From assembly GCF_006345805.1 (NCBI RefSeq), contig NW_021833053.1, forward strand, positions 1 through 64,000: a stretch of 64,000 nucleotides of DNA, read 5' to 3'. Numbering within the stretch: position 1 is the stretch's first letter; each line of letters starts with the position of its first letter. This DNA comes from Octopus sinensis. Its lineage: Eukaryota. Made by a program: the position numbers and the translations under genes. The notes beneath the pieces are model-generated. The model did not search any database and was not told the origin of the DNA. It worked only from the letters and a program-made list of their open reading frames with translations. Positions 1 to 14,285 of this stretch are shown here, in pieces.

Positions 1-490
1 GAGTATTCGCTGAGTAATCCTATCTACTGATGCAAGTTTATCACCAAAAGACTGCACGTAGTCATGCATCACTGCAAACTCAGGAGGCCGGTTTTTCATC
101 ATGTATGAAGCACTTATGTTGTGAAGGGAGTTGGTGACTCGGCTGATCAAACCTTGTCCTTTCTTTTTATGGGCATTGAATTCCTGAAATTTCAAACCAA
201 ATACATTAATGCAGAAGGCATATAGCATAGTGGTTAAATAACTTGGCTCTCAATAAGTTTGTGGGTTTAATTCTCAAACTGGGAGCTGCATTGTACTCTT
301 AAACAAGGCAATTTACTTCACTTGCTTCACCCCATGCAGCTGGTAAACAAATATCAAGACTAACAAAGCCCCTGGTTAGTGTCAAGTGAGTATAGCAGTG
401 TTAATAGATCAGTAACAGGACCAAAATTCTTCAGGCAGAAAAAAGGATACATCTAGTAGTACACTGCTATTTCCTCTCTTTACCCTTTAT

Positions 491-985
491 GGGTCTGCTT
501 AATCAAGATGTGACCTAGAGCTTTAACCATGGGTCTGCTTAATCAAGACGTGACCTAGAGCTTTAACCATGGGTCTGCTTAATCAAGACGTGACCTAGAG
601 CTTTAACCATGGGTCTGCTTAATCAAGACGTGACCTAGAGCTTTAACCATGGGTCTGCTTAATCAAGATGTGACCTAGAGCTTTAACCATGGGTCTGCTT
701 AATCAAAATGTGACCTAGAGCTTTAACCATGGGTCTGCTTAATCAAGATGTGACCTAGAGCTTTAACCATGGGTCTGCTTAATCAAGACGTGACCTAGAG
801 CTTTAACCATGGGTCTGCTTAATCAAGACGTGACCTAGAGCTTTAACCATGGGTCTGCTTAATCAAGACGTGACCTAGAGCTTTAACCATGGGTCTGCTT
901 AATCAAGACGTGACCTAGAGCTTTAACCATGGGTCTGCTTATCAAGACGTGACCTAGAGCTTTAACCATGGGTCTGCTTAATCAG
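491..985. repeat. 40-bp minisatellite, 12 units plus a partial unit (GGGTCTGCTTAATCAAGAYGTGACCTAGAGCTTTAACCAT)
   Basis: Exact 40-bp periodicity from 491. Only C/T variants and one 1-bp deletion (unit at 931). No spacers. Confidence 0.97.
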
Positions 986-1326
986 GGTGCACCCTGAAAC
1001 ACCACAAAATATTAATAATTACTCTATACTGACAGAATCTATATTACCTGTCTCTGTTATGGTCAGCATCTGAGATTTTAATTATCTCTCACCAAGACAG
1101 GACATAAAATTAAGTAAAACTCAGTTTATGAGTCCTTGACCCTGAATTAATTTTCATTGCATAATGTAATTTGTACTGACACAAACATATGCAGATGATG
1201 TGTCGGAGAAGCTGTAACCTATGGAACTGAATTTCCTGCAGACCAACAGTGGGATAAAATGTGACGAAGGTGACTCAAGATTTAAACTCAGTCATTAATC
1301 AATGAAATTAATCATTGCTCAGCACA

Positions 1327-1545
1327 AAGGTGGTGAGCTGGCAGAAACGTGAGCACGCCAGGCGAAATGCTTTGTGGTAATTCGCCCACCACTGCGTTCT
1401 GAGTTCAAATTCCGCCGAGGTTGACTTTGCCTTTCATCCTTTGGGGTCGATTAAATAAGTACCAGTTATGCATTGGGGTCGATGTAATTGACTTAATCTG
1501 TTTGTCCCCTCTGTGTTTAGCTCCTTGTGGGCAATAAAGAAATAG
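1327..1545 (+). mobile_element. tRNA-derived SINE, family A (GGTGAGCTGGCAGAA head)
   Basis: A-box/B-box-like head (GAGTTCAAATTCC), GCCTTTCATCCTTTGGGGTCGAT core and AAAGAAATAG tail. Many homologous copies in the window. Confidence 0.8.
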
Positions 1546-2361
1546 AAATTAATCATTGCTCAGCACATTACCATCTGCACTACAGACCTGACAATAATAT
1601 CACAATACCTTATATTAAGATATAATGGTTCCAAATTTTGGAACAAACTCACGAATTTTAGGGAGTAGGAGTCAGTTGCATGATTATATATTTGGTGACT
1701 TAAGTTTTTGAAATAAAGGATTGGAGTTAAAATGGTTTCATATGATATATAAACGGCAAAATGTCTGTGTGTGTGTGTGTGTCCTTTATACAAATCCACA
1801 ATTTTTCAGTTAGAGGGCTCGCACTTTCTATGGTCATTCCAAATCGTCCAAGGGTGGTCGTGCACATCTTTACATTTCCCCAGTCACCCTGCAAAGCCAT
1901 TAAAAAATCAATAGAAGTGACTTTTTTGTGAATTTTCTATCCAAAACCCAATCAAAATGCCCGAAACTTGATACGCCAATTGAATGCCAGCTAGCTGTAT
2001 GTGATTGGTCGGAGATTTGGACAGTACTCGCATGTAGTGTGCATGCATGCAGCTGTATATGCATGCACTAGCACTAGAAATATTTCCACATTGCAGCACA
2101 GCAAGCACGCTTGCTAGGGATGTATTTATACAATATTTTACAATTGCTTAAAACTTCTTAATTTGTTTGATGTAAGGAGAAAACAAAACTCACTTTATAT
2201 ACAACTTTCAGCAACCACAGATGCATATTAGGAAAAAATTCTGTGAATTGCACAACTGAGTTTGATTCAAAGTGTACAGAGTAGAGGACAAAAATGGGGA
2301 GAGGTAAAAAATAATGAGACAACTAGAGAGAGAGAGGGAGGGAGAAGGAAGGAAGTCTTAC

Positions 2362-2523
2362 CCAAGCTTTAGCAGTGAGAAATACATGAAAATGTTTATC
2401 AAAGGACAAGACTGGATGATCAGCGATTCGGGTGAGGAATTTCTGTAATGCTTGTTGTCGAACTCGTAGAAACTCAGAACTGAAACGGTCCAAACGCCGT
2501 AGGCTGTGTTTAGCAGGCAGAGG
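2362..2523 (-). CDS. SNX30: Sorting nexin SNX30/7-like, coding exon 4 (PX domain C-terminal half: [54 protein letters not shown])
   Basis: 162 nt, flanked by TTCAG acceptor and GTAAGA donor, phase 0/0. PX motifs PLPxK, RxxxLxxFL and HPVL. Confidence 0.93.
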
Positions 2524-3089
2524 CTGAAAATAAAACAAGATGTTGTCACATTTATTATACAAGTTCCAAGTTCGAGTTTGTGGTATGATTAAAAAGAAAT
2601 GTACAGTGATGAAAATATAATTATATATTTTACATTACTCTCATAACCCAAGATCATCAAATATTTATGAAAAAACAATTGAACAACTTAAGATGATGGA
2701 TTCTGTAATGACCAAAACATTTTTCGTATCTTGATCGTTATCTCTCATGTTTGTATTTTACGTACAACATACATATCTATTAGTTTAGAAGGTTCCGTCA
2801 CATTTTTGAAATGATCATTCTGAGGGTACATTTTCAATACTTACAGTAACACAAATATATTGTTCTTTCATAGCAGATTGTTTTATACCACAGTGGTTAA
2901 ATCTGTATTACTTTTACCCTTTAAAATTTGTTTAGATTAGATCTGTATCTGTCACTGCATGCTGTTTAAATTCAAAATGGACTCTTAAGCAATGGTAGTG
3001 ACAAGAAATATTCATTCTATCTATGGAAAAGAAATTTTAAGTGTTTGGATATACCAGCAATGGTATATTTTTACTCATAGATTTCCCTT

Positions 3090-3945
3090 GATCCAGATGA
3101 CCAATTTGCTAATATCAAGCTTCTGAAAATTGTAGTTGAAAATCCAATAAAAAAAACTGCTTAAGAATTGGCAAAACAACTGAAGTCAAGTCACACTTCA
3201 ATCAAAAGGATCTTCAGAAATATAGGAAAAGTGTCTAAATTTGTGGTCATCTGACTGCTCCTCAGCTTAAAGAGTTGCCCATGCTTAACATTGAAGAGTA
3301 GAAATGCTTCCGGACCTTTCCTAGAGAGAAATATCACAAGTGACGAAAAATAGGTTCTCTATAATCATAGTTAACACCCAACGAAAAAAGGAGAATCTAT
3401 CCTTAAATCAAGACTAAACGTGAAAGAAGTTATGCTCTGGGTTTCGTAGAATGTAAAAGGGGTCATCTATCATGAAGTGTGAAACAAAACAAAATGGTTA
3501 ATGGGAAGTATTATCACCAACTGGAAGAATTGCATAAAAAATTTCAGAAAAAGCATTCTTCATGAGTCAGTCATGAAAGAGTGTTGCTCTTACACAATAA
3601 CGCAAGACCATATATTGCCTAAGTCACTCAGGAAAAGATTATGGCACTAAATAATTATTCTCCTGACCTTGCTCCATCATATTTTCATTTTCTCAGATCA
3701 CTGCAACAATATTTAGAGACAAAACAGTTTATTAATTGTGAAGAGATTAAAAAAACATACTGATTGTTTCTTCGCTTTAAAAGCTGAAGAATTTTACATT
3801 TGAGGGATTAACAATTTCCAAATAAATGGGATTATGTTAACAATAATAAGGGGAAATATCTTGATATCAGTTAAGACCAAAGAATCATTACTTTCTTTTC
3901 TATTTTGAAATGCAACAAGACTTTTTTACCCACCTAACATACTAT
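3090..3945 (+). mobile_element. Degenerate mariner (Tc1/mariner) transposon relic
   Basis: Frameshifted remnants of the DEK-VLY, HxNARP and SPDLAPS-FH motifs. TIR-like end near 3908-3940 resembles the mariner TIR consensus. Confidence 0.7.
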
Positions 3946-4176
3946 ACATAAACATGCATGTTTATATTGTACGTACAACACACACATTTATATTGTATAT
4001 GCAACATACACATACTGTATATACACACATCTCTATAAGGTATGTATGGCATCCATGACTATATTGCATTTATAACACATGCCTATATTGTATGTATGAT
4101 TACATCAATATCTGATGTATGAAATGCTGATATTTTATGTATGTCTACGAAAAGTGAAGAAATGTTTTCTACTTAC

Positions 4177-4287
4177 AGGCACCAAATGTGTCGGATAACC
4201 ATCTTCCAATCTCTGACGTAACCATACAAAGTCATTGTATCTACGCCTCACACAGTATTCATGTGTATCAAATTCCTCCCTTGTAGT
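4177..4287 (-). CDS. SNX30: SNX30/7-like coding exon 3 (TTREEFDTHEYCVRRRYNDFVWLRQRLEDGYPTHLVP)
   Basis: 111 nt, TACAG acceptor, GTAAGT donor, phase 0/0. Classic PX VRRRYxDFxWL motif. Not in the ORF track because it has no start codon. Confidence 0.95.
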
Positions 4288-4704
4288 CTGTAAAGTAAAA
4301 ACATTGAAGTTATTATTCTGGCTACGACAATTATGAGTTGGATAATCATTAATAAAGGATAACTTGACAACAGGTTTGTTATTAAAGTTTTAATAATGAG
4401 AATCTATTTATTTATCTTTTCTTTTCCAGCACGGTTCAAAATAGTTTGGCATCCTGTGATCTAACCTCATTACTTCCTCCAACATCTTCCTTGGACATCC
4501 TATGCCACAGAAACTCTGTAGTAGCACCTCATATTCATTTTCCATCCATATTATAAATCTATGTCACAAATCATCTCACACCTCACTCCGGCAGAGTTTT
4601 CGATGAAACCTTTTAATGTTCAGCTGCTCCCTTCAGCTAACCTCAGCTGGGCTCCACTTTTCATCTAAGTTAAACATACAGCACACAGATCACATTCAAC
4701 TCAT

Positions 4705-5135
4705 CATCATCATTTAACGTCTGCTTTCCATGCTAGCATGGGTTGGACGATTTTGACTGAGGGCTGGCAAACCAGATGGCTGCACCAGGATCCAATCTTG
4801 ATCTGGCAGAGTTTCTACAGCTGGATGCCCTTCCTAACACCAACCACTCTGAGAGTGTAGTGGGTGCTTTTAAAGTGCCACTGGCATGAGGGCCAGTCAG
4901 GCAGTACTGGCAACGGCCACACTCGAAAATGGTGTTTTTTTACATGCCACCTGCACAGGAGTCAGTCCAGCAGCACTGGCAACGACCTCGCTCGAATGTT
5001 TTGCTCACATGCCAGTGAAGCGATGCTGACAACGATCACGCTCAAATGGTTCTCTTTACATGCCAGACAGCTGTTCTGGCAGTGACCCCACTTGGATGGA
5101 GCTGTTAGCGCTCCACTGGCATGGGTGCCAGACAT
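4705..5135 (-). mobile_element. RTE-LINE 3' UTR-derived repeat, family C, with (GAT)n tail
   Basis: Reverse complement of the GGAAGGGCATCCAGCTGTAGAAAC...CATGCTAGCATGGAAA...GATGATG module that follows the LINE ORF at 55260-55710. Confidence 0.8.
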
Positions 5136-6264
5136 TGAATTTGGTTCACTTTTCATTCTTTACTGCAGCTGTTTTATTCATGAGCTATAGACCTCAGATC
5201 ATTTGACTTGATCATAGGTTGTCCCTATCACAATGGAATATTGGCAATGAGGGAACTTCTATAGACACAAAACCTATTACAAATAACAGTCAAATCTCTC
5301 TCAAATCATATCTTATATGTCAGTGAGAACTTATGTACAGTTAGACAACAATAACTTCTTCAATAAATGCTTAAATTTGCAAAATTGATGAAAATGTGGA
5401 GACAAGAAAAAAAGGGAGGTTTGTTAGTGCAAATCGCAAAATGAAAACCATTAAACCAAATTAAAATTAATTTGGTTGAAAGTGAAAGGAAATCCATCTA
5501 AACATCCATATATTAATACAAAAGGTAAGGAAAACTAGTAGCAATTATTGTGGTGGTGGTGGTGGTGGCAATGATGTTGGCATTGGTAATGGTTGGTGAA
5601 TGGAGAAAGATATCTAGTGCCTTGCTGTACCCAAGAAGACCCGTCCATGACAACAGAACTGATATCCTAAAATGCTTGTCCATGAAGGGATATCTGCCCC
5701 ACCCCAACTCTCTGCTCTGTCAATCATTTACCACCCCCATACACACACACACACACATTCCATTCCCTAACACCCATCAATTCTCTATTACCTGAGAACA
5801 GAAGAGACGTTTATTGCATCTCCCAACTTTCTCATTTACCTTTCTTCCCCCACCTCAACCCACTTTCATTTCCTACTGTCTTCCCCCCCCACCACCACCA
5901 CCACCTGCCTCCACCAATCATCTTCCATGCCTCCCCTCCTCCATGCTGATTTCCATCATTAACACCTCAAACACCTCACTTACCTGCTATCATCCTCAAT
6001 ATTTACTGCAAACCCTGCCCCATGGCTTCTCTTATATTTCTTTCCATCATTTGCTACGTTCACCTCAATCCCGTCCACTCACCCAGTCCAAACCTATTCT
6101 CACTGTTCCCAATGTCCCTTCAGGGCATGTCTCAATACATCTTTACCATCATCTCTCTCACTATTGCTCTCTTTATCTTACTCTCTAACTCACTCTCCTT
6201 ACTTTTCCATCTGAGGTATCCATGTATTAACTCCACAGCAAGACACCTATCTGTCTATCTATAC

Positions 6265-6497
6265 CTATTTCTTTACTACCCACAAGGGGCTAAACAGAGG
6301 GAACAAACAAGGACAGACAATGGGATTAAGTCGATTATGTCGACCCCAGTGCGTAACTGGTACTTAATTTATCGACCCTGAAAGGATGAAAGACAAAGTC
6401 GACCTCAGCGGAATTTGAACTCAGAATGTAGTGGCAGACGAAATATCTCTGAGCATTTCGCCCGGCGTGCTAACATTTCTGCCAGCTTGCCACCTTC
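6265..6497 (-). mobile_element. SINE family A
   Basis: Reverse complement of the 1327-1545 element. Confidence 0.8.
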
Positions 6498-6589
6498 AGT
6501 CTCTCTATACCTTTAGACTCTCAGTTGGCACAAAGCCACACACCCTCAATACTAATCGCTCCTCCCAGTTGAAGGGTTTTTGCCTTGCA

Positions 6590-6780
6590 AAGTACTTGTT
6601 GACTGTCAGTGCTGGTGCCACTTAAAATGTATCCAGTACACTCTGTAAAGTGGATAGCTTTAGGAAGGGCATTCAGCCATCGGAACCATGCCAAAACAGA
6701 CAATGGAACCTGGTGCAGCTCTTGTCAAACCATCCAACCCATGTCAGAATGGGAAAACCATTAAACAATGACGATGATAT
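6590..6780 (+). mobile_element. Family C LINE 3' tail fragment
   Basis: TAGGAAGGGCATTCAGC...CCATCCAACCCATG...GATGAT. Confidence 0.65.
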
Positions 6781-9700
6781 ATATATTTTAAAATCTACCT
6801 TAACAGAAGCGTAACAGTTTTAAAAGCCGAGGGAAATAAACCTTTAATGCTATATGCATTAAAACATGTTCAATCAACAAATTCCATTTGAATAAGAAAA
6901 GAACAAAAACAAAAAATGATTGAGAGAATTTTACAGCCATGAATTCACTGTTGGTAACAAGCTATTGACATTTCATCCTCTATGGTTCTTTATAAACTAT
7001 TCAGTGTCATTAACCTTCACTGTTCTAATATAACAACTACGACTATCTGGTATAATATTTTCTCATTTGTAGATAATGACATGTTATACATATTGCTTGG
7101 AAACTTGCATCACCTCAGACAATTAGAGATCCATTATCTGATAAGAGTGATGGCACATATCCATGTACAAATAATAACACAGAACCATCCGCACTGACTC
7201 TTGGAGGTTACTCTAAGTGTTCTCTATGTAAATCTATATGCAATATAACAGTTCAATGAGCCTGATCAATAGGGAATACACTCATTGTGGGTATCTATCA
7301 ATTTGGAAAAGCAAATAGAATTTGGAAGAAGGAATTTGGTAAAATGGATACTTCCCCAAACCTTTTCACACAGAACCTCAATGTGGTCGCCTGGCCTGTG
7401 AGAAGTAGCATTCAAATTTCCTCACGTCAAATGTTACCATCTTAAAAAAGGATGGTACATTAGATGCAGTCATATACATGCTAAATAATAGGACAGGGAT
7501 GGTCATGGCCAGAATGTCTTAGATCAAAAGCCTGCTAGGTAAGAACTGGCCAAGAGATAAGCAACTTGTTTTAAAATCTATAGGCCTGATTTTTACAGCT
7601 GGATGTTCTGTTGCCAACCCTGAACTGCTTTACAAGTATGTGATATTTTATCTTAAAGGCCTTTAAAAGCACAGCATGACCTGTCATAACAGAATTTGTG
7701 GCACAGTGTTTTACTGATAAGGTTTTTCTTTAAAATCAATATTTATAAAGTTTTGTCTAGATAGTAAATTTAAAAAAAATTTTTTTTTTAAGGGATACAA
7801 CAGGGAAATGGTGGCATAACTGTAGCCAGTAGACAAGGAATTTTAGTATTTAGTTCTCTTGCATTTTGAGTTCAAATCACTAGGATTCACTGTTTATCAT
7901 CAAGCCACCAGAACCAACTAAAATAAATATCAGTCATATTACAGAAGCAGGGTCTACTAACAATACTCTAGCCTCCAACAAATAGGTGATCATGTGCACA
8001 TGTAAAGGAGTCAGTTTACAAACAACCGCCTGGAGAACCTCATTACCTAAATGAATTGTTTCAAGAGAGAAGGGCAATGTCCATGATGCTTTTTAGGGAC
8101 TCTGGGACTAGTGGGAAGGCAGGAAGGAACATATCTGTCCAGAACGCTCACAACAGAATGGAGTCCACTAAAGGTGCCCAAGAATCAGGTAGTAGTGTTA
8201 AACTGGGGGACAGATTAAGTCTATCACTAAAGTAAACTGTTGCAGGATTTGACATTAGAATGTAAAGAGATGGACTAAATACTAAAAGGCATCTAATGGC
8301 ACCGATCCACTGTGCTGGATTGATACTTTATCAACCCCAGAAAGATGAAAGAAAAGCCAAAGCTGACCATAACAGGAACTGGAACCAGAATGCACAAAGC
8401 CAAAATGAAGAATGCAAATGCCACATGAAACCATAACTAAATACTGTAGGTATCCGATGCTCTACCGATTCTGCAATTCCATTGTCTATAAATATTGTAT
8501 TCAAGAAAAGTACAGAAATTAAAAGGAAATTACTTCAATCAGAATTTGAAGTGTCTCACTCTCCGGATAAACATAAATTAAATGTAATCTAAAAAAAAAA
8601 AAAAAGGCTACTCAAACTCTGGCCCACATTCTTCACTGCCTCTTCTACTATGATCTCATACCACCTTCACACAGAACCATCCAGCTTACTTGTCACCTAT
8701 GTTGTGCTCACTATCTTATCTCAAGCTTTGTACTAATTACTCTACCCAGTCCTTCCTCTTCAGGATGTCATCCTTCTGGAATTATCTACCTTCCTCTCTG
8801 TCCATGTTTTCATGCACCAATCAGTTACTCGAGAAGAACAGTGTCAGCTGCATCACTCTCACCAATCTCAAAAGCCTATGAAGGCCATGAACACAACTGC
8901 TTCTTATAAAACAAAACAACAAATAAAAAAATAAGGAAACCCTGCCAAGATCCTTCCTATCTCTATTACTGTCCTTGCAGTACTTCCATATATCAAAATC
9001 AATATTAAAAACAAAAAGTCAATCAAGAGAGGTGAAATACAGGGTCACAAAATAAATACATTCTAATCATATTGAGTCAATGAGGATGCCATTACACAGT
9101 AATCTGATCAGCTAGAAATAGCACTCAAATTTCCATATCAGATAGACCATGTGTGAAAGAAAGAAAAAAATCTAGCCATAGTTGGAACATCTGATCATTC
9201 TGCCCAATCAGACCTGATATAGGCTTAAGAATCATGTCAGACGTGAAGTTGGATGCAAGGCCAACAACATTGAGCTACACATTTAAAAGTCATTAACAGT
9301 ACTGCTAATATGACTCATTTAACAATGTGATTATTGACACAAGACAATGATCAACTGAGCACAAGATTAGCAATAGAATACCCAGTTTGCAAGAAATGAT
9401 CAACTGATAAGCAGCTGATAATGGGGTACGCAACAAACAACTAAACTGCAGTTATGCAAATCAATACCAAACAAAGATCTGTACTGACAGCAATCAGACT
9501 TTATCAAGACACAAGATGATAGTTTATATCTCAAATATATAAAATTATTGTCAGTATATATAACCAGTTTGATACATGACTTATCTATCTCTCACTACAC
9601 ACAAATAACCACTCACTCTAAATACTAAGGGTTTGGATACCTATCTCTTATCAGTGATGCAAAGAGAGTGTCACAAGCCGGATTAACAACTTACTATCAC

Positions 9701-10469
9701 CAGTCTACAGTATATTAGTACTAATAATATATAAACAGTGGGTGTCTTCAGCATTCATTCTTAACGATCAATCACTCGCTTCACTGAACTATGACCTGAT
9801 ACAATGGTAAGGCACAGCACTGCCCTCTTGTAAGCAGAAAGCAGGAGCACGGTAGAACTGCAAAGTATTGAAAATCTTAAAATTTGCGATGAACAGGCAT
9901 TCCTACAGAGAAAAGACTGTTTTCTCTCAATGACTTAATACCAAACAAGGGATGAACACCATGACATCTCATCGACAGTGCCTCTTAGAGGGAGACAATA
10001 AACATGAATCTATGTTGGAAAATTCTGCTGCTATTAAAGTGTCGGGTAAAGTCACACCACAGCAACCTTTAATACCCGTAACACTTTATCTTACCGTTCA
10101 CTCGTTTCATTCATTGGACTGCGGCCATGCTAATGAACTACCCTGAAGGGTTTAATCAAACAAATCAACCTCAGTACTTATTTTTAGTGTCTGATATTTG
10201 CTCTATCAAGGATGTAACCAAACCAACACCAGTTATCAAACAGGAAGTGGGGTGGGGAAAAGCACAAACACAGTCACATTATTCATACACACACATGATG
10301 GGCTTCCGTGCAGACTCTGTCCAGTAAATTCACTCATGGAGTGTTGGTTAGCTAGGAGCAATAGTAAGAGACACTTGCCCAACATTGGTTAGCATTGTAG
10401 GACTAAACCTGAAACTGTGTGGTTGCAATGCAAGAATCTTAACAGCCATGGCTGTACCAATTTACGAAG

Positions 10470-10800
10470 CTCTAATTGTGGAGGATACCTGTGGAAGGGG
10501 AAGACCCAGGAAAATGTGGGACAAAATGGTGAGAAAGGATTTTCGGATGCTGGGCCTCACTGAGGAAATGACAAAGGACCTGGAGATGTGGCACTTTGCT
10601 GTACTTGTTAAGACATATATCAAGCTAAATAAAATCGCTGTCTTCCACACATACAAGATGTTAAGTGGCTGGCATTAGGAAGGGCATCCAGCCAGAGAAA
10701 CCATGCCACAACAGACGGAGCCTAGACAGCTCCCTGCTATCCAGCTCCTTGTCAAACCCTCCAACCCATGCCAGCATGGAAAGAGGACAATGATGATGAT
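10470..10800 (+). mobile_element. RTE LINE 3' fragment (VEDTCGRGRPRKMWDKMVRKD) plus tail
   Basis: GRGRPRKxW C-terminal RTE motif in ORF 10385-10678, followed by a family C-like tail ending in GATGATGAT. Confidence 0.75.
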
Positions 10801-10909
10801 CTCCTGAAGGTTCATAAAATGAAGCAGATGAAATAAATTTTCTGTTGGATGGGACCTTACTTTATCACAAGTAGCATTCTCAGACTGATCTGATAAGCCA
10901 TTCCAAATG

Positions 10910-12020
10910 ACTATCAAGCTGAGTAAAAAGTAAGCAATGTTTTGAAACATGAAATTCATCGCAATATATTTCAACAAAGCAGAAATATTAATCATCAAAA
11001 TAAGTACTACTACAGTCAACACATTTTGCCAACGAGTTACAGGTTTGTTCATTCCAGTAACATAAATATCCGGAGTTCTGGAGCGGATGAACACTTTGAA
11101 CACACTCTCAGCACTGGTTTGATTTCTGAACTCCTTCTCTCGCAGGAAACCATCAAGGTGCTTGAAAATGTGGTAGTTGGTAGGAGAAAGGTCTGGGAAA
11201 TAAGCTGGGTGGGGCAGAACCTCGTGGTCAAATTCCCTCAACTTCTGGAGAGTCATTAGTGAAACGTGTTGTTGAGCATTGTCATGAAGAATGATCGGCT
11301 TGCTTCTGTTTACCAGTCTGGGATGGAGGAGTAGCATTTTTTCATTCATTTTGGCAATTTCATGACAATATGTTTCTGCAGTGACGGTTTTTCCAGGTTT
11401 AAGTTATAGTGGATGAGTCCAGTAAACCACTAAACAGTCATCATAACCTTCTTTTTGAAGAGCTTAGGTTTAGGGAAGGTTTTTGGTGCTTCATTTTGGT
11501 CCAACCACTGAAGAACCATTTTTATTAGTGTACAGAATCCACTTTTCATTGCAAGTTAGAATATGGTCGAGAAATGGATCAGTCTGGTTATGGAGAAGAA
11601 GCAACGAGCAAATTTTACAACTGCACATTTTTTGATTTTCATTCAAACCATTTGTCAAGCTTCTTTGATTTTCTGATCAAATGGTTGCAAGCAGTTTTCT
11701 GGCTAACTTGAAGTTATTTTGCCAGTTCTCGAGAGGTTTTATGTGGATTTTTCTCAATAATGGTCTTTAATGGAACATTATCAATGACAGATGGGCATCC
11801 ACTATGTTCCCAATCTTCAAGATTGAGGTCTCTACTGCGAAATCGTTGAAACCATTTTTGAGCTGACCACTCACTGGTCATTTCCTCAAATGTTTCACTG
11901 ATATTGCGAGCAGTTTCAGCTGCTTTACATCCTTTTCTGAAGTTGAATAGCAAAGTCTATACATCATCAGACAATTGCAAAAAGATGTTTAAAAAAATTA
12001 AAAACTGCAAATTCTTCATG
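10910..12020 (-). mobile_element. Mariner transposon relic (SETMAR/Hsmar1-like transposase, fragmented)
   Basis: ORF 11714-11953 gives the HTH (AAETARNI...WFQRFRS). ORF 10675-11349 gives LHDNA..H and HPAYFPDLSPTNYHIFKHLD. TIR-like TATCAAGCTGAGTAAAAAGTAAGCAATGTTTT near 10912. Confidence 0.85.
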
Positions 12021-12639
12021 GTTCAAAATGTTGTTGAGTTTTAACTCAGCCTGATGGAACTCAAACCGAAGAGATGGCTGCTACGCAGTTGCTTGACCTG
12101 TAACAAAGAGCATCTAAACCTCCCTCAACTCATACGCTACCATCTTAAAGAACAAAAAATTCATTTCATTTGGTTCTTGATTCCCTGAGATGACTATGAC
12201 TGGAATGCCTTAGCTCATAGATATAGAGCTTAACAACAAATTAACTAAGGTCATGTAGAATTAAGTGTTCAGTCCAGAAACTCAATGAAATTACGAGAGG
12301 CTGGAGACACAAACATACACGCACTCACAAACACAGCATCAATTAATGTCCACTTTCTGTGCTGGCATGGGTTGAATGATTTGATAGGAGCTAGCAAGCC
12401 AGACAACGGCACTACACTCGACTGTCTGCTTTGTTAAGGACGTCGTTCCTAATGCCAATCACTTTATAGAGTTTATTGGATACTTTCCATGTGGTACCAG
12501 CACCAGTGAGGTCACCAAGGAGGTGACTTTGTACCAGTTGATGACTAGTTGAGACAGAGAAAGGAGTCTTGAAATAGAGGAGATACATGACTACCCTAAC
12601 TGATACATAGATATACATACATGTATATGTATATGTGTG

Positions 12640-13235
12640 TGTGTGTGTGTGTGTGCACACACACACACACACACACACAACGATAATGGCGCAAAACTAT
12701 TATGATGTCTTGGGCATTGACTGATGAAGAATTATCTACAAATTTTCCATGCGTTATGGTTTTGTCAAATTTTCCTTTTTGTTAAATTTTCTGGGTGTTA
12801 TATTTTTATAGAAATCCTTGAAATGTTATTTATGTAACACAATGCACTCTTTACACACACACACACACACACACACACCACACACACACACACTCACACT
12901 CACACACAATGGGCTTCTGTTTCAGTCTAACAAATCCATTCACAAGGCTTTGGTCAGCCTGAAACTTTAGAAGACACTTGCCTGAGGTGTTCAGTGGAAC
13001 TGAGCCCAGAACCAGGTGGTTGCGAAGCAAGCTTCTTACCACATAACTATGCCTGTACATACATCATTATATAAAGGAGGAGTGGTTGTGTGGTAAGTAG
13101 CTTGCTTACCAACCACATAGTTCTGGGTTCAGTCCCACTGTGTGGCACCTTAGGCAAGTGTCTTCTACTATAGCTTCAGGCCAACCAAAGTCTTGTGAGA
13201 GGATTTGGTAGACGGAAACTGAAAGAAGCCCGTCG

Positions 13236-13266
<31 letters not shown>

Positions 13267-13457
13267 TTGTCCCCCCCCCCCAACATCGCTTGACAACCAA
13301 TGCTGGTGTGTTTACGTCCTCGTAACATAGCAGTTCGGCAAAAGAGACTGCTAGAATAAGTACTAGGCTTACAAAGAATAAGTCCTGGGGTCGATTTGCT
13401 TGACGTAAAGGTGGTGCTCCAGCATGGCCACAGTCAAATGACAAACAAGTAAAAGAG

Positions 13458-13491
<34 letters not shown>

Positions 13492-13548
13492 ATATCTCAT
13501 TGTTTAACATCCACTTTCCATGCTAGCATGGTTTATATACATATATAC

Positions 13549-13581
<33 letters not shown>

Positions 13582-13862
13582 CAAATGGATGTTTATGCAC
13601 GCAATCATATACAAACCTATGAATACACAGTATACATTGTGTGTGTGTGTGTGTGGTGTGTGTGTGTGCACACACACACACACACACACACAACGATAAT
13701 GGCGCAAAACTATTATGATGTCTTGGGCATTGACTGATGAAGAATTATCTACAAATTTTCCATGCGTTATGGTTTTGTCAAATTTTCCTTTTTGTTAAAT
13801 TTTCTGGGTGTTATATTTTTATAGAAATCCTTGAAATGTTATTTATGTAACACAATGCACTC

Positions 13863-13893
<31 letters not shown>

Positions 13894-14250
13894 CACACAC
13901 ACACACACTCACACTCACACACAATGGGCTTCTGTTTCAGTCTAACAAATCCATTCACAAGGCTTTGGTCAGCCTGAAACTTTAGAAGACACTTGCCTGA
14001 GGTGTTCAGTGGAACTGAGCCCAGAACCAGGTGGTTGCGAAGCAAGCTTCTTACCACATAACTATGCCTGTACATACATCATTATATAAAGGAGGAGTGG
14101 TTGTGTGGTAAGTAGCTTGCTTACCAACCACATAGTTCTGGGTTCAGTCCCACTGTGTGGCACCTTAGGCAAGTGTCTTCTACTATAGCTTCAGGCCAAC
14201 CAAAGTCTTGTGAGAGGATTTGGTAGACGGAAACTGAAAGAAGCCCGTCG

Positions 14251-14285
<35 letters not shown>

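Noticed and set aside
491-985. CRISPR-like regular array
   Set aside because: The units are contiguous with no unique spacers, there are no cas genes, and the context is a eukaryotic intron.
10675-11953. Functional or domesticated SETMAR-like transposase
   Set aside because: Split over separate ORFs with altered catalytic-region motifs and decayed TIRs, so it is a relic.
13076-13150. tRNA genes at SINE heads
   Set aside because: Only A/B-box-like heads fused to SINE bodies. No complete cloverleaf could be built.
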